From assembly GCF_009914755.1 (NCBI RefSeq), contig NC_060931.1: DNA of 64,000 nt, one strand, 5' to 3'. A program made the position numbers and the translations under genes. Below, piece by piece: positions 1 to 19,509 of this stretch; position 1 is the first letter of the stretch; each line of letters starts with the position of its first letter. Origin of the DNA: the human T2T-CHM13v2.0 reference genome, Homo sapiens. The notes below the pieces were generated by a model. It had not been told where the DNA came from. It did no database searches and saw only the letters and a list, made by a program, of their open reading frames with translations.

Positions 1-344
1 GTTGGGAGAAAAGCTGAGTGTTGGGAAAGAAGCTGAGGCAGGGCTTGCATGTCTGCTAGACTTGCTGGCTCCTTGCTTCTTCCACTCCCATTATCTCAAG
101 CAGCCATATGTTTCTCATTCACTTGATACACCATTTCCTTTCAACCCCCACATCCTCACCACCTGTTTCTTTGTTTAAGCACCAATAAATAGCGTGGGCT
201 CCCAGAGCTCAGGGCCTTTGCAGCCTCCACACTCGCGATGGCCCCCTGGTCCCACTTTCTCTCTTACTGTCTTTTTCTCATGCCTTTGACTCCACTGGAC
301 TTAGTCGCCCCCACGACCTGGTGTTGGGCCTGATCACCCCAACA
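1..344 (+). mobile_element. ERVK solo LTR (LTR14A-like)
   Basis: (T)GTTGGGAGAAAAGCTGAG start, AATAAA at ~184 and end ...TGATCACCCCAACA; termini TGTTGGG/CCCAACA are inverted repeats. Confidence 0.7.
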
Positions 345-972
345 ACATTTCTCCTGTATATATACCTTTGACATGGTTCAATGGACTAGAAACATAGTAA
401 TGTTTTCCATACCTCTAAAATAATTGAAAAATTAAAATCAACCGTGATGGGGCACAGGAGTGGGGTCACCAAAAATAGAAGACAAACTGGGCAAACTGGT
501 TCACACCTGTAATCCCAGTGCAACATGGTGAGAGCTGTCTCTTAAAAATAAAATGCAGATAGCAACATATGAACCTAACTGTGTTATAAATGATTAGCCA
601 CACTAAAGAGAGTGAGGGAGTGTGGGAGGAAAGAACTAATTTTAGAAACTTTGGAAAATAGGATTTGTTTATTTTTTAGAGTTGGGGGGCGGGGTCTTGC
701 TATGTTGCCCTGGCTGGACTCAAACTCTTGGCCTCAAGTGATTGTCCCACTTCAGCCTCCTAAGTAGGAAAGTATGATTTTTAACTGGACACTACAAGAC
801 TGAAAACAAAAAGAACTATACACAAATACTGTACTCAAGCTAGTAAATGTGTTTCTTAGAGAGGTATGAGTTAACAATTCTGAAACTATGGGTTTACTTG
901 GATTGAACAGATGAATAAATATATTGTAGATGACATCTTCAGGGTTTCTCACTGTCAGATAAATAAATTACA

Positions 973-1373
<401 letters not shown>

Positions 1374-1837
1374 TTAAATATATATGCAGAGAGGGCACAA
1401 ATATAATGGTGTTCACAAATGTGGATCAGAACACATACATATATTTTCTAGCTATGTCCACTATGAAGGCTTAGAATTAATGACACCCTAGTAGCAATGA
1501 GGACATTTAGTACACAGATCTTTGTTTCTAAATACCATTCCCAATCAAAGAAACCAGGACTACTTGGAGAAGCGGATGATTCCAGAGCTGGGGGAGGGAA
1601 AAATCTAAGCTAAACCCGGATCATCTTGTGTTGTCAGAAATTAAGTGCTCAAGAAAGAATGGGAGCAGGTGAGAAAAACACAGGAGCCCCCACTATAGGA
1701 GATCCCACTGGCCAAAGCTAGACCAAACTTAGCAGCAAAAGAAATAACTATATTATTGGATTGAAATCCACAGAGTGAAAAACGAAAACAAAACAAAAAA
1801 AGAGAAGAAAATTCAGAAGTTTGTATTGATGCAGATA

Positions 1838-2230
1838 CAATCATTTGCTGCATAATGACATCTTGGTCAACAACAGACCACATATACGACAGTGGTTCCA
1901 TAGGATTATAATAGTGTTTAAAAATTCCTATTGCCTGGTGATATCATAGCACTAGTAACATCGTAGCGCAATGCATCACCTTTTTAATGCTTAGATATGT
2001 TTAAATAAACAAATACCATTGTGTTACAATTGCCTACAGTATTCAGTACAATGACATGCTGTACAGGCTTGTAGCCTAGGCACAATAGGCTATACCATAT
2101 AGCCTAGGTGTATAGTAGTCTAGACCATCTAGATTTGTGTAAGTACACTCTGTGATGTTCACACCACAATGAAATTGCCTAAAGATGCATTTCTCAGAAT
2201 GTGTCACCATGATTAAGTGATATATGACTG
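1838..2230 (-). mobile_element. Tigger3/MER7-type DNA transposon (TcMar-Tigger)
   Basis: Terminal inverted repeats CAATCAT.../...ATGACTG flanked by TA on both sides; the internal sequence matches recalled MER7. Confidence 0.75.
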
Positions 2231-2926
2231 TAAATAATTGAATGAATTAATTTATAGGAGCAAAGAAATAGCTCTTTACAGAATAATTCCAGTTAATAAA
2301 TGCAAAAAGATGAAAGAAATAGAAAACCGCCATTAGGCAAACACCACAGTAATAATTGCTGTAGGCAAGTTCCATCAATAGATGCTAAAATTAGTAGTCA
2401 AAAACTTGAAATCTCTTGCATTTCGATACACTAACAATGCACAATCTGAAAAGAAATTAAGAAAACAATTCCATTTACAATAGCACCAAAAAGAATAAAA
2501 TACCTAGAAATAAACCTCACCAAGAAGATGAAAGACTTATACACTGAAAATTACAAACATTGCTGAGAGAAACTAAAGAAGACACAAATAAATGAAAAGA
2601 CATCTTATGCTCATGGATTGGAAGACTTACTATTAAACTCCCCAAACTAACCAAACCAAACTACCAATTTGATCCAATTCCTATCAAAATCCCAGTGGCA
2701 GTTTTTGCAGAAATAAAACAAATAATCTTAACATTCCAATGGAATTTCAGGGGATCCCGAATACCCAAAATAATTTTGGAAAAGAGGAACAAATTTGGAG
2801 GAATCACACTTCCTGGTTTTCAAACATATTACAAAATTACAGTAATCAAAACAGTGTGATACTGGCATGCAGACAGACATATAGAACGATGGAATAGAAA
2901 GACCAGAAATAAACCCTTCATGTGTG

Positions 2927-3113
2927 AGGGGAACATCACACACTGGGGCCTGTCATGGGGTGGGTGGAGAGGGGAGGAACAGCATTAGGAGATATACCTA
3001 ATGTAAATGACGAGTTAATGGGTGCAGCACACCAACATGGCGCATGTATACATATGTAACAAACCTGCACGTTGTGCACATGTACTCTAGGACTTAAAGT
3101 ATATAAAATAAAA
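2927..3113 (+). mobile_element. 5'-truncated L1PA 3' end
   Basis: GGGGAACATCACACACTGGGGCCTG...GCACATGTACTCTAGGACTTAAAGTAT, flanked by direct repeat AGAAATAAACCCTTCATGTGTG (2905-2926, 3114-3135). Confidence 0.9.
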
Positions 3114-3571
3114 AGAAATAAACCCTTCATGTGTGGTCAAATGATCTATGACAAGGCCATTAAGACCATTCAATGGGGAAAGGTTACTCTTCTCAACAAA
3201 TGATGTGAGAAAAACTGAACATATACATGAAAAATAATGAAATTGGACCCTTATCTTAACAATACACAAAAATTAAAAATGGATTAAAGACCTAAATGTA
3301 AGATCTAAAACTATAAAACTAGAAGGAAACAAAGGGGAAAAACTTCACGACATTGGACTTGGCAATGAATTATTGGATATGTCACTAGAAGTGCAGGCAA
3401 CTATAGCAAAAATAATCATAGGAGGCTACATTAAATGTAGAAACCTTTGTGCATCAAAGAACATAATCAGCAGAGTGTAAAGATAACCTATGGCATAGGA
3501 AAAAATATTTTCAAATCACAAATCTGGTAGGATGTTAATGCCTAGAATATGAAAATAACTCCTACAACTTA

Positions 3572-3913
<342 letters not shown>

Positions 3914-3955
3914 TTAAAATGGGCAAAGGACTTGCATAGGCATTTCTCCAAAGAT

Positions 3956-5091
3956 TGAGAGGTGACAGCCTGCTGGCAGCCCTCGCAGCCCTTGCTCGTT
4001 CTGGCTCGCTCTCGGTGCCTCCTCCGCCTGGGCGCCCATTCTGGCTGCGCTTGAGGAGCCCTTCAGGCTGCCTCTGCACTGTGGGAGCCCCTTTCTGGGC
4101 TGGCCGAGGTGGAAGCCGGCTCCCTCAGCTTGCGGGGAGGTGTGGAGGGAGAGGCGCAGGCGGGAATCAGGGCTGCGCGGCGGCACTCGCGAGCCAGTGC
4201 AGTTCCGGGTGGGCATGGGCTTGGCCGCCCCACACTGGGAGCAGCAGGCCGGCGTCACCAGCCCCGGGCAGTGAGGGGCTTAGCACCCGGGGCAGCAGCT
4301 GTGGAGGGTGTGCCAGGTCCCCCAGCAGTGCCGGCCCACCAGCGCTGGGCTCCAATCTTCGCCCGGCCTCAGCTGCCTCCGCGGGGCAGGGATCGGGACC
4401 TGCAGCCTGCCATGCCCGAGCCTCCCCCCGCGCCAGTGGGCTCCTGCGTCACCCAAGCCTCCCTGACAAGCGCTGCCCTCTGCTCCCCCGCGCCTGGTCC
4501 CATGGACCATCCAAAGGCTAAGGAGTGCAGGCACATGGCCTGGGACCGGCAGGCAGCTCCACCTGCAGCCCCGGTGTGGGATCCACTGGGTGAAGCCAGC
4601 TGGGCTCTTGAGTCTAGTGGGGACTGGGAGAATCTTTATGTCTGGTTAAAGGATTGTAAACGCACCAATCGGCACCCTGTCAAAACAGACCAATCAGCTT
4701 TCTGTAAAATGGGCCAATCAGCAGGATGTGGGTGGGGCCAGACCAGGGAATAAAAGCAGGCTGCCGAGCCAGCAGCGGCAACCCGCTGGGGTCACCTTCT
4801 ACTCTGTGGAAGGTATGTTCTTTCTGTCTTTGCGGTAGCTTTCGTTGCTGCCCACTCTTCGGGTCCGAACTGCCTTTATGAGCTAAAATACTCACCGCGA
4901 AGGTCTGCAGCTTCACTCCTGAGCCAGCGAGACCACGAACCCACCAGAAGGAAGAAACTCCGAACATATCCGAACATCAGAAAGAACAAACTCCAGACAC
5001 GCAGCCTGTAAGAACTGTAACACTCACCGGGAGGGTTCACAGCTTCGTTCTTGAAGTCAGTGAGACCAAGAACCCACCAATTCCGGACACA
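3956..5091 (+). mobile_element. LTR12 (ERV9) solo LTR, LTR12C/D/E-like
   Basis: TGAGAGGTGACAGC...CCAATTCCGGACACA with 4-bp TSD AGAT (3952-3955, 5092-5095). CpG-rich U3, three CCAAT boxes and AATAAAA at ~4749. Confidence 0.93.
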
Positions 5092-5340
5092 AGATGATAT
5101 ACAAATGACCAACAAGCATATCAAAATATGCTCAGCATCAGTAATCACCAGAGAAGCGCAAATCTAAAACAAAGTGAGATATCACTACTCTGACCCATTG
5201 CAATTGCTGCTAGTAAAACAAAACAAAACAGAAAACCAAAAAAAACAGAAGTGTTGGCAAGGAAGTGGAGAAATCGACACCCTTGCACACTTTTGGTGGA
5301 ATTATAAACTGGTACAAATGCTGTGGAAAACAATGTGTGT

Positions 5341-5632
<292 letters not shown>

Positions 5633-6174
5633 CTGGTGTTTTCTTAAAAAAAATTGAAATAGAAGTACCATATGATTCAGCAATTTCACTTCTGGATATA
5701 TATCCAAAAGAATTGAAACCAGGGCCTCAAAGCGGTATTTGTACACTCATGTTTATAGCAGTACTATTCGCTATAGTCAAGAGGCGGAGGCAACCCAAGT
5801 GTCATCAGTGGATAAATGTGATATATACAAAGAAAATGTGGTATATACACACAATGGAATGGTGTTCAGCCTTACAAAAGAAGGAAATCCTGTCACATGC
5901 TACTACATGGGTGAACTTTACCGACATGATACTAAGTGAAACAAGCCAGTCACACAAAGACACGTACTGTATTTCACATATTCGAGAAACCTATAGCAGT
6001 CAAATTCATACAAACAGAAAGTAGAATGGCATTTACCAGGGGCTTGGAAGAGGGGGAAAGGGAAAAAGGGTGATGTTTAATGGGTATAGAGTTTCAGATT
6101 CCATGAATAAATAAATAAAAATTTGAGAAGAAACAGGATATTTGCATAGTTCCAAAGAATCATGACTCATTCAA

Positions 6175-6486
<312 letters not shown>

Positions 6487-6902
6487 TCAAATGCATATTA
6501 ATTACAAAGAGAAAAATCATAACTTTACAGTGGAGAAGTCTGGCAGATATCAGACATCACTTTAACCAAGTGATCAAGGCTAACGTCACCAGCATAAGAC
6601 ATATCAACCTAGGAACACCTTCATATCATGCGCCGAGAAGGGCACAATGTCACTTCTGAGATTTTCTCACCCAACATGCATAACTTCAATTGAATCTAAG
6701 AAACCATCAGAGGAACCCACATTTGGGGACATGCTCCAAAATACCTGACCAGTACTCAAGGTCACGAAAAGATAGACTGAGGAACTGTCACAGATGGGAG
6801 GAAATACAATAAATGATAATGAAATACAACATGTGACCCTGGATTGAATCCTAGACCAAAAGGAAGACATTAGTGAAAATATGGTGAAATTTGAATAGAG
6901 TA

Positions 6903-7236
<334 letters not shown>

Positions 7237-7392
7237 TTAGTTAATAGTGTTCTACCACTTCCTAAATGTTGGTAATTGTCCTATGATTATATAAGACATT
7301 ATTAACATTAGAAGAAGCTAGATGAAAGGTTTGTAGGAAATCTGTACTATTTTTGTAACTTTTCTGTAAACCTAAAATTATTTTAAATTACA

Positions 7393-7649
7393 ATTTTTTT
7401 TTTTTTTTTGGAGACGGAATTTTGCTTGCAACCTCCACCTCCCCGGTTCAAGTGATTCTCCTGCTTCAGCTTCCCCAGTAGCTGGGACTACAGGCACCCG
7501 CCACCATGCCCAGCTAATTTTTATATTTTTAGTACAGACGGGGTTTCACCATGTTGACCAGAATGGTCTCGATCTCTTGACCTTGTGATCCGCCCACCTG
7601 GGTCTCCTAAAGTGCTGGGATTACAGGCATGAGCCACCACGCTCGGCCC
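7393..7649 (-). mobile_element. AluS, internally deleted right arm
   Basis: Antisense Alu with a jump at TTTTGCTTGCAACCTCC. Confidence 0.88.
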
Positions 7650-7794
7650 AAATTACAATTTTTAAAACTCTATACACATTCCGCCCCGGCCCTGCCAGGA
7701 GTTTCTTTTTCAGAAATCTTTTCTAAAGGAACAGTCTAAAATATAAAAGTGTTTATATAAAAAGATTTATCATAGCATTATCCATAATAATTAA

Positions 7795-8212
<418 letters not shown>

Positions 8213-8379
8213 CTCTTGGATTTAAATACAACCTCTACACTGACAACTTCCGAATGTACGTCCCTCCTCTTATAGCTGGCTGGCTGCTGGCTCCACACCT
8301 GTACCCGGAAGAAAGACTGAGGGGTGCATCAAAGTGGTATCTCTAAAAGAGCTTCGGATTCCTTCCCCCCATCCCAACT

Positions 8380-9445
8380 TCAGACTTCTCTGTTGCTTAA
8401 GTGAAATTTTTGAAGTCATCCTCATTCCTCTGATTTCCTTGCCTTCTGAACTTGCTCTGTAAGCAAGTCCCTTAGTTTTCCCTCCAAGACACATTGCTGG
8501 GCCATTTCCTTCTCTCCAGCATCATTCCTTCTTCCTGCTACAAGCCACCATCATCTCTCCTGGACCACTGCAAAGCCTCCCAACTGGTCTACCAGTTTCC
8601 TTGGTTACTCTTCTTCACCATTCTCCACACGGCCTTCTGAATGATGTTAAATACATACACAGACCAGGCAAGGTGGCTCATGCCTATAATCCCAGCACAT
8701 TGGGAAGCCAAGGCAAGAGGATCACTTGAGGCCTGGGCAATGCAGCGAGAACCCATCTCTCCAAAAACTTTAAAACTTAGCCAGGTGTGGTGACACACAC
8801 CTGTAGTCCCAGCTATTCAGGAGGCTGACCAAGAGGATTGCTTGAGTCCAGGAGACAGAGGCTGCAGTGAGCTATGATCATGCTACTGCATTTTAGCCTG
8901 GGCAACAGAGCAAGACCCTGCCTCAAAAAAAAAAAAAAAAAGACCTACACCAACATACCCCAACCTGTTCCTCCTCTACCCAAATTGTCCCCCATTGCTC
9001 TTAAAGTCCAATTTCCTTACCGTCTCCTACTGGGTCCTCTGGCAGCTGGCCAAGCTGTCAGTTGGGACCCACCCTCCACCTCTCCCCTCCTCTCTCCTGT
9101 GTTCTGAACACAGTAGTCTGCACTCAGTTTCCTGAACAGACAAATTCTTTTCTTCCTAAGGGTGTTTGCTCTTCCATTTGCACAGAAGGTTCTGTGCTCA
9201 GATCTTCCATGGCTGTTTCCTTCTTGTCCTCAGGACCCAACTACCACCTCCTTAGTGAGACCTGCCTTGACCACTCAACATAAAGCAGTCTCATCCCCAC
9301 CTACCGGACATTTTCTATGTCAACATGACTTTGAAAAATGTTTGAGCACTAGTAATATGCAATAAGCAAAAATGATTTTGTTCACTCATTTGTTCAATGG
9401 TTAACATTGTGCCTCCCTTCTGTAAAATGTAATCTTCATGAGAAT
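8380..9445 (+). mobile_element. L2 fragments (terminal piece at ~12155-12245)
   Basis: CAAGCCACCATCATCTCTCCTGGACCACTGCAAAGCCTCC is typical of L2. The 3' end ...TGTTTGTTGAGTGAATGA is at ~12210. Confidence 0.6.
8662..8941 (+). mobile_element. AluJ
   Basis: Diverged Alu dimer with poly-A. Confidence 0.9.
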
Positions 9446-9462
9446 GGCTTTTAAAAATAATT

Positions 9463-9622
9463 TAATTTTATTTTAGATATAAGGTCTCTTTCTGTTGTCC
9501 AGGCTGGAGTTCAGTGGTGCAGTCACAGCTCACTGCAGCCTCAGCCTCCTGGAGCCAGGTGATCCTCCTGTCTCAGCCTCTCATAGTGCTGGGATTGCAG
9601 GTGCGAGCCAATGCACCAAGCC
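9463..9622 (-). mobile_element. Alu monomer (FLAM/FAM-like)
   Basis: Single antisense Alu arm. Confidence 0.7.
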
Positions 9623-10171
9623 AAGAATAGCTTTTTAAATTGTGAATTTAAAAACTTTTCAGAACTAAAGAGAAGTTGAAAGACTAGTACATGAACTTCA
9701 CCTAGTTTAATCTAATGTTAACATTATAACACATTATCTTTTTCTCTTTATACACACATAAACACATGTGCACACACACACATACATGCATACATACGTA
9801 CTTTTGTCCTTACCTATTTGAAATGAGTTGCAGACTTTGTGGCATTTTACCCACAAATACCTCCTCATGTATTTCTTAAGAGTAATGACATTTCTCTACA
9901 TAATATTGTCACAATTAAGAAAATTAACACTTCCATAAATTCATCTAACATACAGTACAAATTTCTCTGTCTTAAAAATGTCTTTGATGCCAGTTTTATT
10001 TGTCTCCCTGATTCAGGATCTTATCAAGTATCACACATCGCATTTGGTTGTGAAGTCTCTCTAGTCTTTTACTCACCTTGCCTCTTAACTTTTCATGGCA
10101 CTGACTTTTTTGTTCTTTTTTTTGAAAAGCCCAGGTTATTCAAAAAGCCCAAAGACCTCATCTGTCTTCTT

Positions 10172-10340
10172 TCGTTCTCCCTTCCCTTCCCTTTTCCTTT
10201 CCCTTCCCTTCCCTTCCCTTCCCTTCCCTTCCGTCCCCCACCCTCCCCTCCCCTCCTCCTCCCCTCCCCTCCCTTTTTTCCTTTCTCCTTCCTTCCCTCC
10301 CTCCCTCCCTCCCTCTCTCTTTCTCTCTCTCTTTCTTTCT
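10172..10340. repeat. CT-rich polypyrimidine low-complexity tract (Alu-tail derived)
   Basis: (CCCTT)n/(CCCT)n/(CT)n. Confidence 0.9.
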
Positions 10341-10940
<600 letters not shown>

Positions 10941-11006
10941 TCTGTCTTATAGAACACATTACATTCTGAATTTGCCTGATGACTTACTTGTTATATTGAT
11001 TAATTA

Positions 11007-12016
<1,010 letters not shown>

Positions 12017-12348
12017 AAGCCATTTTTTTTTTTAAGTAACAACATACACTCACAATGTGAAAATCCGAGAGGAGTAGCAAGTCTAGGGAATGCTGCAAAT
12101 GACTCGCCAGGTTGCCAATTCTCCAAGGTGGGAATCACATATCTCTTGATTACCAATGTATCTCAGCACCTACCTAGCACCTGACACAGAGTGGATGCTT
12201 AATCCATGTTTGTTGAGTGAATGAGAGTCAGTGAGTGAGTAAATGATGAAATGGTCAATCCTTTGGCCAGGGAGCTGAGGGGTCTTCTCCAGCAGACCAG
12301 CAAGCATCATCAGGCCAAGTGTGCTTTAATATTAAAAAGAGGAATATA

Positions 12349-14306
<1,958 letters not shown>

Positions 14307-14365
14307 TCAGGGACAAATACCTTAAATCACTAGAGTATATTTGCCAGGACATTCCATATATCATT

Positions 14366-14770
14366 TGATATGGTTTGGCTCTGTGTCCCCACCCAAATCT
14401 CATTAGAATTGAAATGAGAATTGTAATGCCAAGTGTTAGATGAGAGGCTGGGTGGGAGGTGATTGGATCAAGAGGGTGGAGTTCCCCCTTGGTGTTCTTG
14501 TGGTAGTGAGTGAGTTCACGAGATCTGATGGTCTAAAAGTGTGTGGCACTTCCCCCTTCACTTTCTGTCTCCCTCTCCATATGTCCCCCACCATATGAAG
14601 AAGATCCTTGCCTCCCCTTCACCTTCCGTCATGATTGTAAGTTTCTTGAGGCCTCCCAGTCATGCTTCCTGTTAAGCTTGTGAAACTGTAAGTGAGAAGT
14701 AAACCTCTTTTCTTCACACGTTACCTAGTCTCAGGTCATTCTTTATACAGTGTGAAAACAGACTAATACA
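14366..14770 (+). mobile_element. MaLR LTR (MSTA/THE1D-like)
   Basis: TGATATGGTTTGGCTCTGTGTCCCCACCCAAATCTC...GACTAATACA; flanks TCATT/TTATT. Confidence 0.85.
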
Positions 14771-14774
14771 TTAT

Positions 14775-14950
14775 TCTAATCCTGATAAACACGTTTCAGG
14801 GTAAGTATCATTATCCCCAGTTTCAATATGGAGAAACCTGGTTTCAAGTAGGTTGAGTAATTTACCTAAGGTCATACAAGTCATCAGTGTCTGTGTTGGC
14901 TGCTGAGAGTAGCTGGGCCCCAAGTTTACAGTCTTTACTGCTCTACCTTC
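14775..14950 (-). mobile_element. MIR
   Basis: ATTATCCCCAGTTTCAATATGGAGAAAC...TTACCTAAGGTCATAC core. Confidence 0.7.
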
Positions 14951-14966
14951 CTCCATTGGCAAGTGA

Positions 14967-15404
<438 letters not shown>

Positions 15405-15918
15405 CTACTTTGTGCATTTATATATAAAAATAAATATTATATATGTATCTGTAAAATACATACATATGCCCTGCATTTTTTCTAATTACAGGCAGCAAGC
15501 CTTACCATCCAAATTTCCAGATCGTATTGAAAGCTTGAGGGAAAAACGATGAATTCATAAGTCAACTGGCACAAGCTTATCCCTCTGAAAATGATTTTTC
15601 ACTCTTGAATCCCTGGGACAGCACCGGAACTATCTCCTTGCAAGAGGACACGCCCAAACATCAGTGTCAGAATGTGTGGTTTGCTTTGAAATTGCAGCCT
15701 TGGCTAAAACCACCAAACCCAGGATAGGAGAACACAATCCCTGTCTAAAATGTATGTATCTATACATTTTTCCATTGAAAGGTTGAGTGTTTTCTTAAGA
15801 GAGGGTCCCACTTGATCAGAAAGGGGAAGTTGGATGTTCTGAGTCCTCACGTGAACAGCATTATTCCGAGGAAAGCATTTAAAAGTTACTGAAAAACAAG
15901 ATCCACTTTAGAATTACA

Positions 15919-16231
15919 GGCCAGGTGCAGTGGCTCACACTTGTAATCCCAGCACTTTGAGAGGCCTAGGATTGCTTGAGTCCAGGAGTTTGAGACCAGC
16001 CTGGACAACATGACGAGACCCCCCTCTACAAAAAAAAAAACTCCACAAAAATTAGCCGGGTGTGGTGGCGTGCGTCTGTAGTCTCAGCTACTCATGGGGG
16101 CTGAGGCAGAAGGATCACCTGAGCCAGGGAGGTCAAGGCTGCAGTGAGCTGTGATCCTACCACTGCACTCCAGCCTGGGTGACAGAGCGAGACACTGTCT
16201 CCAAAAAACAAACAAACAAAAAACAAAACTA
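15919..16231 (+). mobile_element. AluJ
   Basis: Dimer with (AAAC)n tail. Confidence 0.88.
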
Positions 16232-16376
16232 CAAATAGACTTCATGTAACGGTGTCTGGGAAAATTGCATTTTATAGAGCTGCTCAGGAATCTTGGGTTA
16301 AAATGTGGATTGAGTGTGCACATTTGTTTTTATTTTTTCCCTAAATTACACCAAGACTGCAGAAAAGAGATCTGAG

Positions 16377-16380
<4 letters not shown>

Positions 16381-16430
<50 letters not shown>
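16381..16430. repeat. (AT)25 microsatellite
   Basis: Perfect AT dinucleotide run. Confidence 0.97.
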
Positions 16431-16434
<4 letters not shown>

Positions 16435-16851
16435 CATGTATATATAGAGAGCGAGAGAAAGAGAGAGATGCGAAAGTATGGGGAAAACGATAGAAAATAG
16501 CAACAAAATTTTGGAAGATAGAAGCAGATACATGTGTAGTGACTGACTTAGGAGCTCAAGTGAAATTAAATTCTAAGCCACCAGTGGGTGGAGCTGAGAC
16601 TTATTCTGATCTATACCACAGAATTCTGAAGAGGCTCAGGAAGTGTATTTCTGGATCTAAGGTGAAGGTTGGATCTAGTGGCTAGAATAAGACAATTGGA
16701 TAAAAACTGAGACGTTAGATCCCTGCAATCCTTGCCCTGATTCCAGGCCCCTAGCTGTCTATTTCTCCTCCATCCTGGCCAAAGATTAGAGATTTATTCT
16801 CTGGAGAGAGTTTTTGGGGACAAACAGGGCCAGTGAAACGAGACTCATTAG

Positions 16852-17306
<455 letters not shown>

Positions 17307-17811
17307 TAGATACTGACACTTGAGTCATCATCCACAGATGAGCTCGTAATCAAAGTCACATTGTCCCATCCACATGCTGAGTGCGCCTAGTAAGATTTCA
17401 TTTCTCAACTCTTAGTCCTGAACAGACATCTGAGGATGGCCAGGTACCTGAAGAATGCTGCTAACATGGAATACAGGCACCCATGCAGCAAACAAACCAA
17501 CTAAAGCAATTTTGAAGCCATATAAACTGAGCAGGGAGGAAAAAAAAAACGTAAAAAAAATCAATTTGTCATTGTTATTTTTAGAAAGGTAGGGGAAAAT
17601 ATTGCATCTGTGAAACAGAAACAGAAGAAAAAATATTCAGAGAACAAAAATAGAGCTCTTAGAAATGAAAAATATGACAGGAGAAATGAAAAATCCAAAA
17701 GATTTGGAAGACAGGAGATGAAAAAAGTCACCCAGAAGGCAGAGCAAAAGGACAAAGAGATGAAAGGCAAAGACCAAAGATTTTTATTTAAAAAACAAAA
17801 TAAAACAAAAA

Positions 17812-18770
17812 AACAGAGTAAACAGATAAACTACAGGTGGGAAAAATATTTGCAAACTGTGCATCTGAGAAAGATCTAATATCCAGCATCTATGAAGAAC
17901 TTAAATTTACGAGAAAAAACCCAAACAACCCCGTTAAAAACTGGGCAAAGGACATGAATAGACACTTTTCAAAAGAAGACGTAGACACGACCAACAAGCA
18001 TATGAAAAAAAGCTCAGTATCATTGATCATTAGAGAAGTGCAAATCAAAACCACAATAATATACCATCTACATCAATCAGAATGGCTATTATAAAAAGTC
18101 AAAAAATAACAGGTGCTGGTGAGGTTGCGGAGAAAGGAAACATTTATACACTGTTGGTGGGAGCATAAATTAGTTCAGCCATTGTGGAAAGCAGTGTGGT
18201 GATTCCTCAAAGAGGAAACAGAACTACCGTTCAACCCAGCAATCCCATTCCTGGCTATATACCCAGAGGAATATGAATCATTTTATCACAAGGATGCATG
18301 CACACATATGTTCATTGCAGCATTATTCAAAATGGCAAAGAAATGGAATCAACTCTCTAAATGTCTATCAACAGTAGACTAGATAAAGAAAATGTGGTAC
18401 ATATACACCATGGAATACTATGCAGCCGTAAAAAAGAATGAGATCATGTCCTTTGCAAGGACATGGATGGAGCTGGAGTCCATTATCCTTAGCAAACTAA
18501 TGCAGGAACAGAAAATCAAATACCACATATAAATGGGAGCTAAATAATGAGAACACATGGACACATGGAGGGGAACAGCACACACTGGGGCCTACCTGAG
18601 GGCAAAGGCTGGGAGGAGGGAGAGGGGCAGAAAAAATAATTATTGGGTATTAGGCTTAGTACCTGGGTGTTGAAATAATCTGCACAACAAGCCCCATGGC
18701 AGGAGTTTGTCTATATAATAAACCTGCACATGTACCCCTGAACCTAAAATAAAAGTTAAAAAAAAATAGC
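17812..18770 (+). mobile_element. L1PA (older, PA13-16-like) ORF2 3' end and 3' UTR
   Basis: WEKIFAN...[11 protein letters not shown]-type ORF2 remnant; ends CATGTACCCCTGAACCTAAAATAAAAGTT plus A-tail. Confidence 0.85.
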
Positions 18771-19186
18771 TTACAAAACAAAACAAAAAAAGAAAACAAA
18801 TGAGACAAACAAAAGATAAATGTAGAAGATATGACATCCAAATAGTAGGAGATATCGTAAGTGTATATCATAATATATCATAAGAGGAAGTGAGTGGATA
18901 GTATCTAAAACAGATGAACCAAATAAAAGCAGTAGCTATTATTTAGAACAATAGGGATGTGTAATGCCAGAAGAAACCACCTCTGTGGGAAGTGGAAGAA
19001 GTTGTGGGTCAAAAAGCTGTTTTATTTTAGCACTGTGAGACTTTTAAGGTAGACATACATGTCTCTTTAAAATAAAATAAAAATAAAAACAAGCATGACT
19101 ACATATTAATAACATAAAATACAAATTGATTACAAAAAAGAATACCTAGAAAAGGCTTCCCATGTGATTCTGATGATCAGTCACTC

Positions 19187-19496
<310 letters not shown>

Positions 19497-19509
19497 ATTA
19501 GTCACTTTT

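Noticed and set aside
3955-4753. 188-aa and 214-aa ORFs
   Set aside because: They lie within the GC-rich LTR12 U3 region and are not retroviral coding sequence.
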